Made by a program: the position numbers and the translations under genes. From Thalia democratica (taxonomy: Eukaryota), in the NCBI GenBank assembly GCA_965202585.1, contig OZ241834.1, forward strand, positions 25,792,001 through 25,856,000: 64,000 nucleotides of DNA. The letters run 5' to 3'. Positions 1 through 13,621 of this stretch are shown here, in pieces (within the stretch, counting starts at the first letter, position 1; each line of letters begins with the position of its first letter). The notes beneath the pieces were generated by a model. The model did not search any database. It was not told the DNA's origin and saw only the letters and a list, made by a program, of their open reading frames with translations.

Positions 1-1464
1 AAAGTAATAAAGTTTTAACAAAGCACAAGGTTTTTTTTTACCTCAAACTTAAACAAAGTTTCATTATATCGATTTCATGGAGTTTTGTTAATCGTAAGTT
101 CTATCAAGTATGTTCAAGTTAATTACAGTTTAAACTAATGTGTAAAAAGTAATTTCAAAAGAATAAAAGAGTTCATTTTGTTTAGCTTTACTAGTTATGA
201 TTACTCATAATCAATATACTCATAAGCAATGTACTCAAAACTTTTATTAAACAGACAACTAGATAACTTTGTTCTTGCACATACTAGTAACTTACCTTAC
301 AACAATGTTTTCCAAACAACCTTTCAAAAACGTACTGTACAGTAACTATGATGATACTTGTTTGAAAGTTGTAAACTACGTTTAAACACAAATTTTATTT
401 TCCAGTGTATATGAAAAACTAGTTTAACAGGTAAGTAGTTTAACATTCAATTGGTGTTTCAAACAACTGATTCAAGCTGTTATACAGTTTAAAAAATAAC
501 TGATGCGATTTTGCTCGTTAAACTTAAACCTTGATCAAACTAAGAACTTTAACTTTGCAGATTTCAACCGAATAAAGTGTGCTGATAAAAGTGAACAAAT
601 GGATTTGGTTGTAAATTTTTCAAACAAAATAAAGTTAATTAAATTCAAAGAAGTAAATAAGTCGAAAAAGCTTATGAACACTAGCACTAAATTTGAACTT
701 AAACAAAAGCTGATATCTTTTGGATGAAAAATTTTACGTAAAAAAAGAGGTTGGTTTATTTTTTAAGCAGCATTATATACAAAATAAAATCGAGTAAGAA
801 AATCGAAATGAAAAAGTTTTGAAGTAAAATTGACAAACTTAGTGTTTGAATAAAGCTTTGTTTACAATCAGCACTCATAACCTTTCAATCTATCTTTGAA
901 ACTTTTTAACTGGAAAATAATGCAACTAGGTTTTTTTTTCAAACTTTGTTTTGTCACTTCTCATAAAGTTTTAAAGTCAGTCGAAACAACATAGATACTG
1001 ACACATATTTTGAAACAACAACAGTACTGTTTTTTAAAGTTTACGATTGAAGTGTTTACCAAGTTAAACATGTGTTTTAACTGCTTTACTGCTAATAGTA
1101 ATTTCCTAGTTTACTCAACCTAGATTAATCATAATGTTCTGTACCATTGATTTCATTGACTAAATGTTTTGCTTTTCGAAATTCGTAACTAGTTATCTCT
1201 AACTTACTGTTAATGTAGTTAAAAACACAGCTTAGGATAAGTTACATTTTATTCTCGGATGTCGTTAAGAACATAGCTGTTGTAGCAATAACATATAAAC
1301 TTGAAGCAAAGTAACTGTTATCTTATTCAATTATAGACCATATAAAACAAAGTATTTGCTTGATTCAAAGTTTTACATTGTAGTTTGCCTATTATGGAAC
1401 TTGTACTGTCACATAATAGGCTGTAAAAAAATGAAGGCTAAAAAAGTTTTTGTCTTGCTTTGTC

Positions 1465-4146
1465 CAATTTTTCTTCTTCTTTACATTTATAAAAACTACA
1501 CAGCTTAAAGCAACAAGTTACAGTAATTTTGCTTTCTTATGTATAGCGTACTTAAGGGTAACAAACAAGTGGTAACAAGTTTTTTACTTCTTTTCTTTGT
1601 ACCATGTTTCAGCTAATCAATTGGTTTATTTCATATGCTTGACAAGATTAGAAAGCTTAAATCAAGTAAGTAGATGTAAGCTTTGTAAAATAAAAGATTT
1701 ATTTATACAAGTTCATCATTTTATTAAGGTATTTTGTTTTGTAAATTGCGTACTTGTTAATAGCGTTCTCTTTCTTTTGAACAAACGATGTTGTTTACAT
1801 TTATGTGTTACACCAGTTTTGAATTGCTAAGCATGTTTCAGTTGTAGTTTAATTGTAATTGAACAGTATTTTTTAAGGACACTAAACATTGTTTGTTATT
1901 AACAGTTTAAAACGTTTTCAGTTAATAAGTCAAAGTTTTATTTCTGTTTAAGCGTACTATTTTCATTGAAAAATAAAAATAGTTTTTACAGTGACGTAGG
2001 CACAGTTTTTTTTAATAAACTAAAAAACAAATGAAATATTGAATTAAAAAATGTCCACAAAGTAAGCATGAATAAGAATAAGTTTTATTTGGAAAAGAAA
2101 GTTAAAAGGAAAAAGGCCACGAAAAAGACACTCAAGTTAGTTAAAGCTTTTCACTAAGCATTCGACAATAGTAAGCAATAAAGTAAGGATTAGAGCAGTT
2201 ATCTAGCTAGAGTTCCTTTCTTAACAGTTGCATAAAAAAAGTACAGTAGAGAAATTGTAGCGAGCTAGGTATTTAATAAATAATGGGTTTAAAGTTTGGA
2301 GGGAAATTGTTTTTTGATTCTTTTTCACCACAAAGTTGATTAAGTGTGTGTATTTGTGTTGTTGAGTTTAGTAGTCATTAGTAGCTTGTGTATTTAATTG
2401 GTGATCCACCTAATCTTTAGATTCAAAAAGTACATAGCTTAAAACAAACAAGTATCGTCGTTTTGAGTTGTCTCATACATAGTTTAAAAAAGAGTTACAA
2501 AAAATGGTAACAAGCTGTTCCATTTTTACCTTGGAATCATGTCGTTATTTGTCATAGCCACAGAAAAAATGAGTTCAACAAAACAAGTATGAGCTTTGTA
2601 AGCAGAAAGATTATTTCAATTGTATGTTTGTTTTAAACAATCACTGTTGTTTACATTACTGTTCAACTTTTAAACAGTTTTTTATTGTTTCATTTGCATT
2701 CTGATAAGTAAAACTAATACTTATTTGACAATCAGACCTTAAATAAATATCATTGAGCATTTTTAGTATCAAAGCAAAGTAAATGTTTCTTCTCATTTAA
2801 TATAATGTCTTATTTAAGCATAATTTTTTATTTAGTGACAGATTGATTTTTTTATTAAACTAACAACAAATATCTATTGAGTGTTTGAAAAACAAGTTTA
2901 CAAAGTAAAATGAACTAGAATAAGTTTTGTTTAAACAATAAGTTAAACAAGAAAATTCCCATTAAAAAACATTTTTACCTAACATTTAAATACTAGTGAA
3001 GCAGAAAAACTTATTCTACATTATCAAAAGTAGTTTAAAATGTCAAGTAGAACTACAAAAACTAAAGTAAGTGTAACTAACTAGTAGAAACAAAAACAGA
3101 GAAATTCAGCTTTAGAAAGTTTATTTAGAAGTTATTGAAACACACTAACTGTTACTTTTTACCAACACGCACAATGTAGATATAAATTTGTACATTTTTT
3201 TGTCGCTTAGTTTAAGCTTGTTTGACACTGTTTACTCGACATTAGTAGCTGCTTAAATCAACTGGTGGTCCTGATTACTTTAGATATGTAGAAACATAAC
3301 TTTCAACAAACTACTAGAGTTGTTAAAGGTCAGTAAGTTGTCTCATATCTAGTTAAAACAAGTACCTTTTACTTTGAAAACTAGAATAATAAATTACTTA
3401 AAAAAGTACAAGCAGTTACTTTTTTGTGTTTTACCAAGTTTCAACCAATGAGCTGGTTTGTTTTGTGTGTTTATGTTTTGAATTGAAAATGTTTCTTGAA
3501 TATGCTAAACAGAAGTTAGCTTTGAAAGAAGGAATATGTTATTTTACTTGAAAAACACATCTGTAATTTTTTGTCTTGAACAACCATTTTTGTATTCATT
3601 TATGTATTCGTAACTTTTTAAAACGTGTTACATGGCTTCAATTGCAGTTAAGTTGATAAGAAGAACTCGTTTAAAAAGTTAAAGCTCGGTTGTGTTACTA
3701 ATAATCAACAACAACTTAAAATAAAGTTACAACTAAGTTTTTGCATGTTATAAGTGATATACATTTTTGTTTAAAAAGATGATACTTTTTTGTAAGCACT
3801 TATTTATTGAATGTTTCAACAGAACTTCAGCAAATGAATAAAAACAAGTGTTTTGTACAAAAAGTATTCAGATGAAAAATCTTACGGACAACAAAATCAA
3901 GTTAGTTAAACATCTTTTACAAACCATTTGATTACAAGCACTACTACTGTTTTTAGACTAATGCAATGCTTTTTCTACAATATAACGAGTTACAAGTTTA
4001 TAAAGTATTTGAAACAAAAAAAAAGTGTGTTCATTCAAGTATATGAGTTTTTAATTTACACAAATAAGAATTTATTTGTACTAAGCTTATATTCTTGTAC
4101 TTTAAGTAAACATGAACAGCTGGTTCTATTCAAATGGTGGTCCTGA
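1465..4146. repeat. Degenerate ~870-bp tandem subrepeat in the spacer (3 copies, possibly a fourth from ~600); present in every unit
   Basis: Collinear shared words: tggtaacaag 1570/2505, agctttgtaa 1679/2592, tgttgtttacatt 1789/2645, agaataagtttt 2075/2917, tcaagttagttaaa 2132/3897, cattagtagct 2376/3240, agttgtctcata 2466/3336. Confidence 0.8.
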
Positions 4147-4154
4147 AAAGGACC
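4139..4154 (-). terminator. Histone mRNA 3' stem-loop of H2B (every unit)
   Basis: Minus strand GGTCCT-TTTC-AGGACC followed by ACCA, 13 nt past the stop. Confidence 0.97.
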
Positions 4155-4167
4155 GGTTGTTTAGCGT

Positions 4168-4527
4168 TTATTTTGAGCTGGTGTATTTGGTAACAGCTTT
4201 AGTTCCTTCTGAAACTGCGTGCTTTGACAACTCGCCGGGGAGCAAGAGCCTGACAGCAGTTTGAATTTCGCGGCTGCTAACAGTTGACCTCTTGTTGTAA
4301 TGAGCCAAACGTGAAGCCTCTGCTGCAATGCGCTCGAAGATGTCGTTGACAAATGAGTTCATGATTCCCATTGCCTTGCTGGAAATTCCGGTGTCGGGGT
4401 GCACTTGCTTCAAAACTTTGTACACATAGATGCCAAAGCTTTCTTTGTTCCTCCTCCTTCGCTTCTTCTTGCCGTCGACCGGAGCGGTCTTGGCTACTGA
4501 CTTCTTCGCGCCTTTGGTTGCTGTCAT
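4168..4527 (-). CDS. H2B: Histone H2B, 119 aa (unit 1)
   Basis: MTATKGAKK...[14 protein letters not shown]...[26 protein letters not shown]. Start placed at ATG 4527, just downstream of the TATA box, not at the ORF-track start 4590. Confidence 0.97.
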   Translation of the reverse strand: MTATKGAKKSVAKTAPVDGKKKRRRRNKESFGIYVYKVLKQVHPDTGISSKAMGIMNSFVNDIFERIAAEASRLAHYNKRSTVSSREIQTAVRLLLPGELSKHAVSEGTKAVTKYTSSK

Positions 4528-4555
4528 GATGATGTGTGGACTTCTGTCTCGGCGC

Positions 4556-4608
4556 CAGTTTATATGCTGAAAAATTATGCAAATTAGCATAGTTCCGTAC
4601 GCGAACGA
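4556..4608 (-). promoter_or_regulatory. H2B promoter: TATA box, octamer, CGCG box
   Basis: TATAAA on minus (4559-4564), ATGCAAAT on plus (4577-4584), TACGCG (4598-4603). Confidence 0.75.
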
Positions 4609-4660
4609 TAGCTGGTTTCTCTCACTTCACAATTCTCTCGTTTGTTGTAAATATTTTGGT

Positions 4661-4676
4661 GGTCCTGAAAAGGACC
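4661..4676 (-). terminator. Histone mRNA 3' stem-loop of H2A (every unit)
   Basis: GGTCCT-TTTC-AGGACC-ACCA. Confidence 0.97.
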
Positions 4677-4691
4677 TGGTTTTTTTTTAAC

Positions 4692-5072
4692 TTAGGCTGA
4701 CTTTTTTGAAGCGGTCTTCTTAGGCAATAGTACTGCCTGGATGTTTGGAAGAACACCACCTTGAGCAATTGTGACGCCTCCGAGAAGTTTGTTCAACTCT
4801 TCGTCGTTGCGAATAGCTAGTTGCAAATGGCGAGGAATGATCCTGCTTTTCTTGTTGTCACGAGCAGCGTTACCGGCAAGCTCGAGCACTTCTGCGCTCA
4901 AGTACTCGAGAACGGCAGCCAGATAAACTGGAGCACCAGCTCCGACTCTTTGGCTGTAGTTGCCGGTGCGCAACAGGCGGTGCACGCGACCGACTGGAAA
5001 CTGCAGTCCTGCACGGGAAGACCTGCTCTTCGGCTTAGATTTGAGTTTTGATCCTTTACCACGTCCTGACAT
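4692..5072 (-). CDS. H2A: Histone H2A, 126 aa (unit 1)
   Basis: MSGRGK...[11 protein letters not shown]...[20 protein letters not shown]. True start is ATG 5072. Confidence 0.97.
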   Translation of the reverse strand: MSGRGKGSKLKSKPKSRSSRAGLQFPVGRVHRLLRTGNYSQRVGAGAPVYLAAVLEYLSAEVLELAGNAARDNKKSRIIPRHLQLAIRNDEELNKLLGGVTIAQGGVLPNIQAVLLPKKTASKKSA

Positions 5073-5114
5073 TTTGTTGTTCGAATGATTGTGATGATAG
5101 CTTGCACAGCTCAC

Positions 5115-5161
5115 TATAAAACTCATACCTAACCGCGTCGAACGAAAAACTAATTTGCATA
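5115..5161 (-). promoter_or_regulatory. H2A promoter: TATA-like box, CGCG box, octamer
   Basis: tataaaa 5115-5121 (reads TTTTATA on the gene strand), cgcgtc 5134-5139, CTAATTTGCATA 5150-5161. Confidence 0.7.
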
Positions 5162-5221
5162 TGTCATAGCTAATGCTTAATCTTGTCAAAAGTGTTGTAA
5201 AACTTTTATATTGAATTAGGT

Positions 5222-5237
5222 GGTCCTAAAAAGGACC
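5222..5237 (-). terminator. Histone mRNA 3' stem-loop of H4 (every unit)
   Basis: GGTCCT-TTTT-AGGACC-ACC. Confidence 0.96.
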
Positions 5238-5254
5238 GGGTTTGCTAAAAGCGA

Positions 5255-5602
<348 letters not shown>

Positions 5603-5654
5603 TTATATACAAGCTGTTACGGACGCGTACGGTTACTACTAACTAATTTGCATA
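5603..5654 (-). promoter_or_regulatory. H4 promoter: TATA box, CGCG box, octamer
   Basis: TATATAA on minus (5603-5609), GACGCG 5622-5627, CTAATTTGCATA 5643-5654. Confidence 0.75.
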
Positions 5655-5723
5655 CTCAAAAAAGTCTCTTAACTTACATTTTTTCGTTCGGTTAAGTTTT
5701 TCTCACTGTCAAAGTTTTAAGGT

Positions 5724-5739
5724 GGCCCTGAAAAGGACC
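5724..5739 (-). terminator. Histone mRNA 3' stem-loop of H3 (every unit)
   Basis: GGTCCT-TTTC-AGGGCC-ACC (one U.G pair). Confidence 0.96.
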
Positions 5740-5754
5740 GGTTTTAGCTAACGC

Positions 5755-6258
<504 letters not shown>

Positions 6259-6313
6259 TTTTCAACTTAGCATTGTTTTATGCATTTCGAGTTGCGTTAT
6301 ATTTTGTTTGAGT

Positions 6314-6329
6314 GGTCCTGAAAAGGACC
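6314..6329 (-). terminator. Histone mRNA 3' stem-loop of H1 (every unit)
   Basis: GGTCCT-TTTC-AGGACC-ACT. Confidence 0.96.
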
Positions 6330-6346
6330 TTGGGTAAAAGAACAAC

Positions 6347-6907
6347 TTATTTTTTGCAGCTCTTCTTCTTGGATGCTTTTTTGGCTGCCGGCTTCTTCTT
6401 GGTTACTTTCTTCTTCTTGCTTGCAGCTTTTTTAGATGCTGCCTTCTTAGGAGCGCACTTTTTAGCAGGTCGCTTTTTGGCTGCTGGTTTTTTTGCAGCC
6501 TTCTTGGGAGCACACTTCTTTTTTGGTTTTTTAGCTGCGGCCTTCTTTGCTGCTGGCTTTTTAGCTACTTTCTTTGTCCTCTTCTTGGGCCCAGCAGCTG
6601 GCATTGGAGCAAGCTTGAACGAGCCAGAAGCGCCTTTTCCAGTTGTCTGGAGAAAAGCACCTTTGGTCACGCCGCTGGTAAGTGCTCTCTTCAAGTGAGA
6701 ATTGGAAGCTGTGAGGTCAAGCTTGTAGGTGTCCGCAATAAACTTTTGTATCTTCTGGCGGGATGTACCTTTTCGTTCCTTCATTGCTCCAAGGGCAGAG
6801 CTAATCATTTCCCTGTAAGTAGGGTGCTCTGCCTTCTTGGCGCTTGGTCTCTTGGAGGACCTGGCTGCGGCTGGCGCTGGTACTGCTGCTACTGCTGTGG
6901 TAGACAT
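6347..6907 (-). CDS. H1: Linker histone H1, 186 aa (unit 1)
   Basis: Globular domain HPTYREMI...[10 protein letters not shown] plus K/A/P-rich tail and 3' stem-loop. Start inferred at ATG 6907 (MSTTAVAA). Confidence 0.95.
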   Translation of the reverse strand: MSTTAVAAVPAPAAARSSKRPSAKKAEHPTYREMISSALGAMKERKGTSRQKIQKFIADTYKLDLTASNSHLKRALTSGVTKGAFLQTTGKGASGSFKLAPMPAAGPKKRTKKVAKKPAAKKAAAKKPKKKCAPKKAAKKPAAKKRPAKKCAPKKAASKKAASKKKKVTKKKPAAKKASKKKSCKK

Positions 6908-9900
6908 GATGAATGAATAATAAAGCGACCAAAACGATACTTGCAAGAGTTACTGACTGTGACGAATTGACTGTCGAGCAGTTATGCTTTGCAAGGTACC
7001 TTTTACTTCTTAGCATTTTTGCATTAGCATGTTTGTTTAACACATATATGCTTATAAAAACTTAGTTGTCTTATTACGAATGTTGAAAAAGTTCCAGTAA
7101 GAAAGAAACCATATCTAACTTGTTCTAAAAGTAATTTTTTTTAAAGCATTAGTTTGAAAAGTCCAGAAATAACAGCCTGTATCTTACAGCACACCTCTAA
7201 ATACATTAAGAAAAACATAAATGAAACAAAACATGTTAACACACTCCCGACTGAGTTTTCCTTTGCCGCTCACCTAAAGTAATAAAGTTTTAACAAAGCA
7301 CAAGGTTTTTTTTTACCTCAAACTTAAACAAAGTTTCATTATATCGATTTCATGGAGTTTTGTTAATCGTAAGTTCTATCAAGTATGTTCAAGTTAATTA
7401 CAGTTTAAACTAATGTGTAAAAAGTAATTTCAAAAGAATAAAAGAGTTCATTTTGTTTAGCTTTACTAGTTATGATTACTCATAATCAATATACTCATAA
7501 GCAATGTACTCAAAACTTTTATTAAACAGACAACTAGATAACTTTGTTCTTGCACATACTAGTAACTTACCTTACAACAATGTTTTCCAAACAACCTTTC
7601 AAAAACGTACTGTACAGTAACTATGATGATACTTGTTTGAAAGTTGTAAACTACGTTTAAACACAAATTTTATTTTCCAGTGTATATGAAAAACTAGTTT
7701 AACAGGTAAGTAGTTTAACATTCAATTGGTGTTTCAAACAACTGATTCAAGCTGTTATACAGTTTAAAAAATAACTGATGCGATTTTGCTCGTTAAACTT
7801 AAACCTTGATCAAACTAAGAACTTTAACTTTGCAGATTTCAACCGAATAAAGTGTGCTGATAAAAGTGAACAAATGGATTTGGTTGTAAATTTTTCAAAC
7901 AAAATAAAGTTAATTAAATTCAAAGAAGTAAATAAGTCGAAAAAGCTTATGAACACTAGCACTAAATTTGAACTTAAACAAAAGCTGATATCTTTTGGAT
8001 GAAAAATTTTACGTAAAAAAAGAGGTTGGTTTATTTTTTAAGCAGCATTATATACAAAATAAAATCGAGTAAGAAAATCGAAATGAAAAAGTTTTGAAGT
8101 AAAATTGACAAACTTAGTGTTTGAATAAAGCTTTGTTTACAATCAGCACTCATAACCTTTCAATCTATCTTTGAAACTTTTTAACTGGAAAATAATGCAA
8201 CTAGGTTTTTTTTTCAAACTTTGTTTTGTCACTTCTCATAAAGTTTTAAAGTCAGTCGAAACAACATAGATACTGACACATATTTTGAAACAACAACAGT
8301 ACTGTTTTTTAAAGTTTACGATTGAAGTGTTTACCAAGTTAAACATGTGTTTTAACTGCTTTACTGCTAATAGTAATTTCCTAGTTTACTCAACCTAGAT
8401 TAATCATAATGTTCTGTACCATTGATTTCATTGACTAAATGTTTTGCTTTTCGAAATTCGTAACTAGTTATCTCTAACTTACTGTTAATGTAGTTAAAAA
8501 CACAGCTTAGGATAAGTTACATTTTATTCTCGGATGTCGTTAAGAACATAGCTGTTGTAGCAATAACATATAAACTTGAAGCAAAGTAACTGTTATCTTA
8601 TTCAATTATAGACCATATAAAACAAAGTATTTGCTTGATTCAAAGTTTTACATTGTAGTTTGCCTATTATGGAACTTGTACTGTCACATAATAGGCTGTA
8701 AAAAAATGAAGGCTAAAAAAGTTTTTGTCTTGCTTTGTCCAATTTTTCTTCTTCTTTACATTTATAAAAACTACACAGCTTAAAGCAACAAGTTACAGTA
8801 ATTTTGCTTTCTTATGTATAGCGTACTTAAGGGTAACAAACAAGTGGTAACAAGTTTTTTACTTCTTTTCTTTGTACCATGTTTCAGCTAATCAATTGGT
8901 TTATTTCATATGCTTGACAAGATTAGAAAGCTTAAATCAAGTAAGTAGATGTAAGCTTTGTAAAATAAAAGATTTATTTATACAAGTTCATCATTTTATT
9001 AAGGTATTTTGTTTTGTAAATTGCGTACTTGTTAATAGCGTTCTCTTTCTTTTGAACAAACGATGTTGTTTACATTTATGTGTTACACCAGTTTTGAATT
9101 GCTAAGCATGTTTCAGTTGTAGTTTAATTGTAATTGAACAGTATTTTTTAAGGACACTAAACATTGTTTGTTATTAACAGTTTAAAACGTTTTCAGTTAA
9201 TAAGTCAAAGTTTTATTTCTGTTTAAGCGTACTATTTTCATTGAAAAATAAAAATAGTTTTTACAGTGACGTAGGCACAGTTTTTTTTAATAAACTAAAA
9301 AACAAATGAAATATTGAATTAAAAAATGTCCACAAAGTAAGCATGAATAAGAATAAGTTTTATTTGGAAAAGAAAGTTAAAAGGAAAAAGGCCACGAAAA
9401 AGACACTCAAGTTAGTTAAAGCTTTTCACTAAGCATTCGACAATAGTAAGCAATAAAGTAAGGATTAGAGCAGTTATCTAGCTAGAGTTCCTTTCTTAAC
9501 AGTTGCATAAAAAAAGTACAGTAGAGAAATTGTAGCGAGCTAGGTATTTAATAAATAATGGGTTTATAGTTTGGAGGGAAATTGTTTTTTGATTCTTTTT
9601 CACCACAAAGTTGATTAAGTGTGTGTATTTGTGTTGTTGAGTTTAGTAGTCATTAGTAGCTTGTGTATTTAATTGGTGATCCACCTAATCTTTAGATTCA
9701 AAAAGTACATAGCTTAAAACAAACAAGTATCGTCGTTTTGAGTTGTCTCATACATAGTTTAAAAAAGAGTTACAAAAAATGGTAACAAGCTGTTCCATTT
9801 TTACCTTGGAATCATGTCGTTATTTGTCATAGCCACAGAAAAAATGAGTTCAACAAAACAAGTATGAGCTTTGTAAGCAGAAAGATTATTTCAATTGTAT

Positions 9901-11442
9901 GTTTGTTTTAAACAATCACTGTTGTTTACATTACTGTTCAACTTTTAAACAGTTTTTTATTGTTTCATTTGCATTCTGATAAGTAAAACTAATACTTATT
10001 TGACAATCAGACCTTAAATAAATATCATTGAGCATTTTTAGTATCAAAGCAAAGTAAATGTTTCTTCTCATTTAATATAATGTCTTATTTAAGCATAATT
10101 TTTTATTTAGTGACAGATTGATTTTTTTATTAAACTAACAACAAATATCTATTGAGTGTTTGAAAAACAAGTTTACAAAGTAAAATGAACTAGAATAAGT
10201 TTTGTTTAAACAATAAGTTAAACAAGAAAATTCCCATTAAAAAACATTTTTACCTAACATTTAAATACTAGTGAAGCAGAAAAACTTATTCTACATTATC
10301 AAAAGTAGTTTAAAATGTCAAGTAGAACTACAAAAACTAAAGTAAGTGTAACTAACTAGTAGAAACAAAAACAGAGAAATTCAGCTTTAGAAAGTTTATT
10401 TAGAAGTTATTGAAACACACTAACTGTTACTTTTTACCAACACGCACAATGTAGATATAAATTTGTACATTTTTTTGTCGCTTAGTTTAAGCTTGTTTGA
10501 CACTGTTTACTCGACATTAGTAGCTGCTTAAATCAACTGGTGGTCCTGATTACTTTAGATATGTAGAAACATAACTTTCAACAAACTACTAGAGTTGTTA
10601 AAGGTCAGTAAGTTGTCTCATATCTAGTTAAAACAAGTACCTTTTACTTTGAAAACTAGAATAATAAATTACTTAAAAAAGTACAAGCAGTTACTTTTTT
10701 GTGTTTTACCAAGTTTCAACCAATGAGCTGGTTTGTTTTGTGTGTTTATGTTTTGAATTGAAAATGTTTCTTGAATATGCTAAACAGAAGTTAGCTTTGA
10801 AAGAAGGAATATGTTATTTTACTTGAAAAACACATCTGTAATTTTTTGTCTTGAACAACCATTTTTGTATTCATTTATGTATTCGTAACTTTTTAAAACG
10901 TGTTACATGGCTTCAATTGCAGTTAAGTTGATAAGAAGAACTCGTTTAAAAAGTTAAAGCTCGGTTGTGTTACTAATAATCAACAACAACTTAAAATAAA
11001 GTTACAACTAAGTTTTTGCATGTTATAAGTGATATACATTTTTGTTTAAAAAGATGATACTTTTTTGTAAGCACTTATTTATTGAATGTTTCAACAGAAC
11101 TTCAGCAAATGAATAAAAACAAGTGTTTTGTACAAAAAGTATTCAGATGAAAAATCTTACGGACAACAAAATCAAGTTAGTTAAACATCTTTTACAAACC
11201 ATTTGATTACAAGCACTACTACTGTTTTTAGACTAATGCAATGCTTTTTCTACAATATAACGAGTTACAAGTTTATAAAGTATTTGAAACAAAAAAAAAG
11301 TGTGTTCATTCAAGTATATGAGTTTTTAATTTACACAAATAAGAATTTATTTGTACTAAGCTTATATTCTTGTACTTTAAGTAAACATGAACAGCTGGTT
11401 CTATTCAAATGGTGGTCCTGAAAAGGACCGGTTGTTTAGCGT

Positions 11443-11802
11443 TTATTTTGAGCTGGTGTATTTGGTAACAGCTTTAGTTCCTTCTGAAACTGCGTGCTTT
11501 GACAACTCGCCGGGGAGCAAGAGCCTGACAGCAGTTTGAATTTCGCGGCTGCTAACAGTTGACCTCTTGTTGTAATGAGCCAAACGTGAAGCCTCTGCTG
11601 CAATGCGCTCGAAGATGTCGTTGACAAATGAGTTCATGATTCCCATTGCCTTGCTGGAAATTCCGGTGTCGGGGTGCACTTGCTTCAAAACTTTGTACAC
11701 ATAGATGCCAAAGCTTTCTTTGTTCCTCCTCCTTCGCTTCTTCTTGCCGTCGACCGGAGCGGTCTTGGCTACTGACTTCTTCGCGCCTTTGGTTGCTGTC
11801 AT
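11443..11802 (-). CDS. H2B: Histone H2B (unit 2)
   Basis: Same translation as unit 1. Confidence 0.97.
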   Translation of the reverse strand: MTATKGAKKSVAKTAPVDGKKKRRRRNKESFGIYVYKVLKQVHPDTGISSKAMGIMNSFVNDIFERIAAEASRLAHYNKRSTVSSREIQTAVRLLLPGELSKHAVSEGTKAVTKYTSSK

Positions 11803-11966
11803 GATGATGTGTGGACTTCTGTCTCGGCGCCAGTTTATATGCTGAAAAATTATGCAAATTAGCATAGTTCCGTACGCGAACGATAGCTGGTTTCTCTCAC
11901 TTCACAATTCTCTCGTTTGTTGTAAATATTTTGGTGGTCCTGAAAAGGACCTGGTTTTTTTTTAAC

Positions 11967-12347
11967 TTAGGCTGACTTTTTTGAAGCGGTCTTCTTAGGC
12001 AATAGTACTGCCTGGATGTTTGGAAGAACACCACCTTGAGCAATTGTGACGCCTCCGAGAAGTTTGTTCAACTCTTCGTCGTTGCGAATAGCTAGTTGCA
12101 AATGGCGAGGAATGATCCTGCTTTTCTTGTTGTCACGAGCAGCGTTACCGGCAAGCTCGAGCACTTCTGCGCTCAAGTACTCGAGAACGGCAGCCAGATA
12201 AACTGGAGCACCAGCTCCGACTCTTTGGCTGTAGTTGCCGGTGCGCAACAGGCGGTGCACGCGACCGACTGGAAACTGCAGTCCTGCACGGGAAGACCTG
12301 CTCTTCGGCTTAGATTTGAGTTTTGATCCTTTACCACGTCCTGACAT
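11967..12347 (-). CDS. H2A: Histone H2A (unit 2)
   Basis: Same translation as unit 1. Confidence 0.97.
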   Translation of the reverse strand: MSGRGKGSKLKSKPKSRSSRAGLQFPVGRVHRLLRTGNYSQRVGAGAPVYLAAVLEYLSAEVLELAGNAARDNKKSRIIPRHLQLAIRNDEELNKLLGGVTIAQGGVLPNIQAVLLPKKTASKKSA

Positions 12348-12529
12348 TTTGTTGTTCGAATGATTGTGATGATAGCTTGCACAGCTCACTATAAAACTCA
12401 TACCTAACCGCGTCGAACGAAAAACTAATTTGCATATGTCATAGCTAATGCTTAATCTTGTCAAAAGTGTTGTAAAACTTTTATATTGAATTAGGTGGTC
12501 CTAAAAAGGACCGGGTTTGCTAAAAGCGA

Positions 12530-12877
<348 letters not shown>

Positions 12878-13029
12878 TTATATACAAGCTGTTACGGACG
12901 CGTACGGTTACTACTAACTAATTTGCATACTCAAAAAAGTCTCTTAACTTACATTTTTTCGTTCGGTTAAGTTTTTCTCACTGTCAAAGTTTTAAGGTGG
13001 CCCTGAAAAGGACCGGTTTTAGCTAACGC

Positions 13030-13521
<492 letters not shown>

Positions 13522-13621
13522 CTAATTTGCATATTTTCAACTTAGCATTGTTTTATGCATTTCGAGTTGCGTTATATTTTGTTTGAGTGGTCCTGAAAAG
13601 GACCTTGGGTAAAAGAACAAC

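Noticed and set aside
426-440. caggtaagta, whose reverse complement resembles the U1 snRNA 5' end
   Set aside because: Only ~10 nt match, with no U1 stem-loops or Sm site following
3263-3274. Orphan half stem-loop read as the relic of a sixth histone gene
   Set aside because: No histone-like coding remnant lies upstream; it is better explained as the junction of the ~870-bp subrepeat
503-4146. Spacer ORFs 503-727, 1597-1830 and 3928-4146
   Set aside because: Short, AT-driven and with no domain similarity; they recur only because the unit is repeated
6312-6698. 128-aa F/L/A-rich plus-strand ORF resembling a membrane protein (every unit)
   Set aside because: Antisense shadow of the Lys/Ala-rich H1 tail
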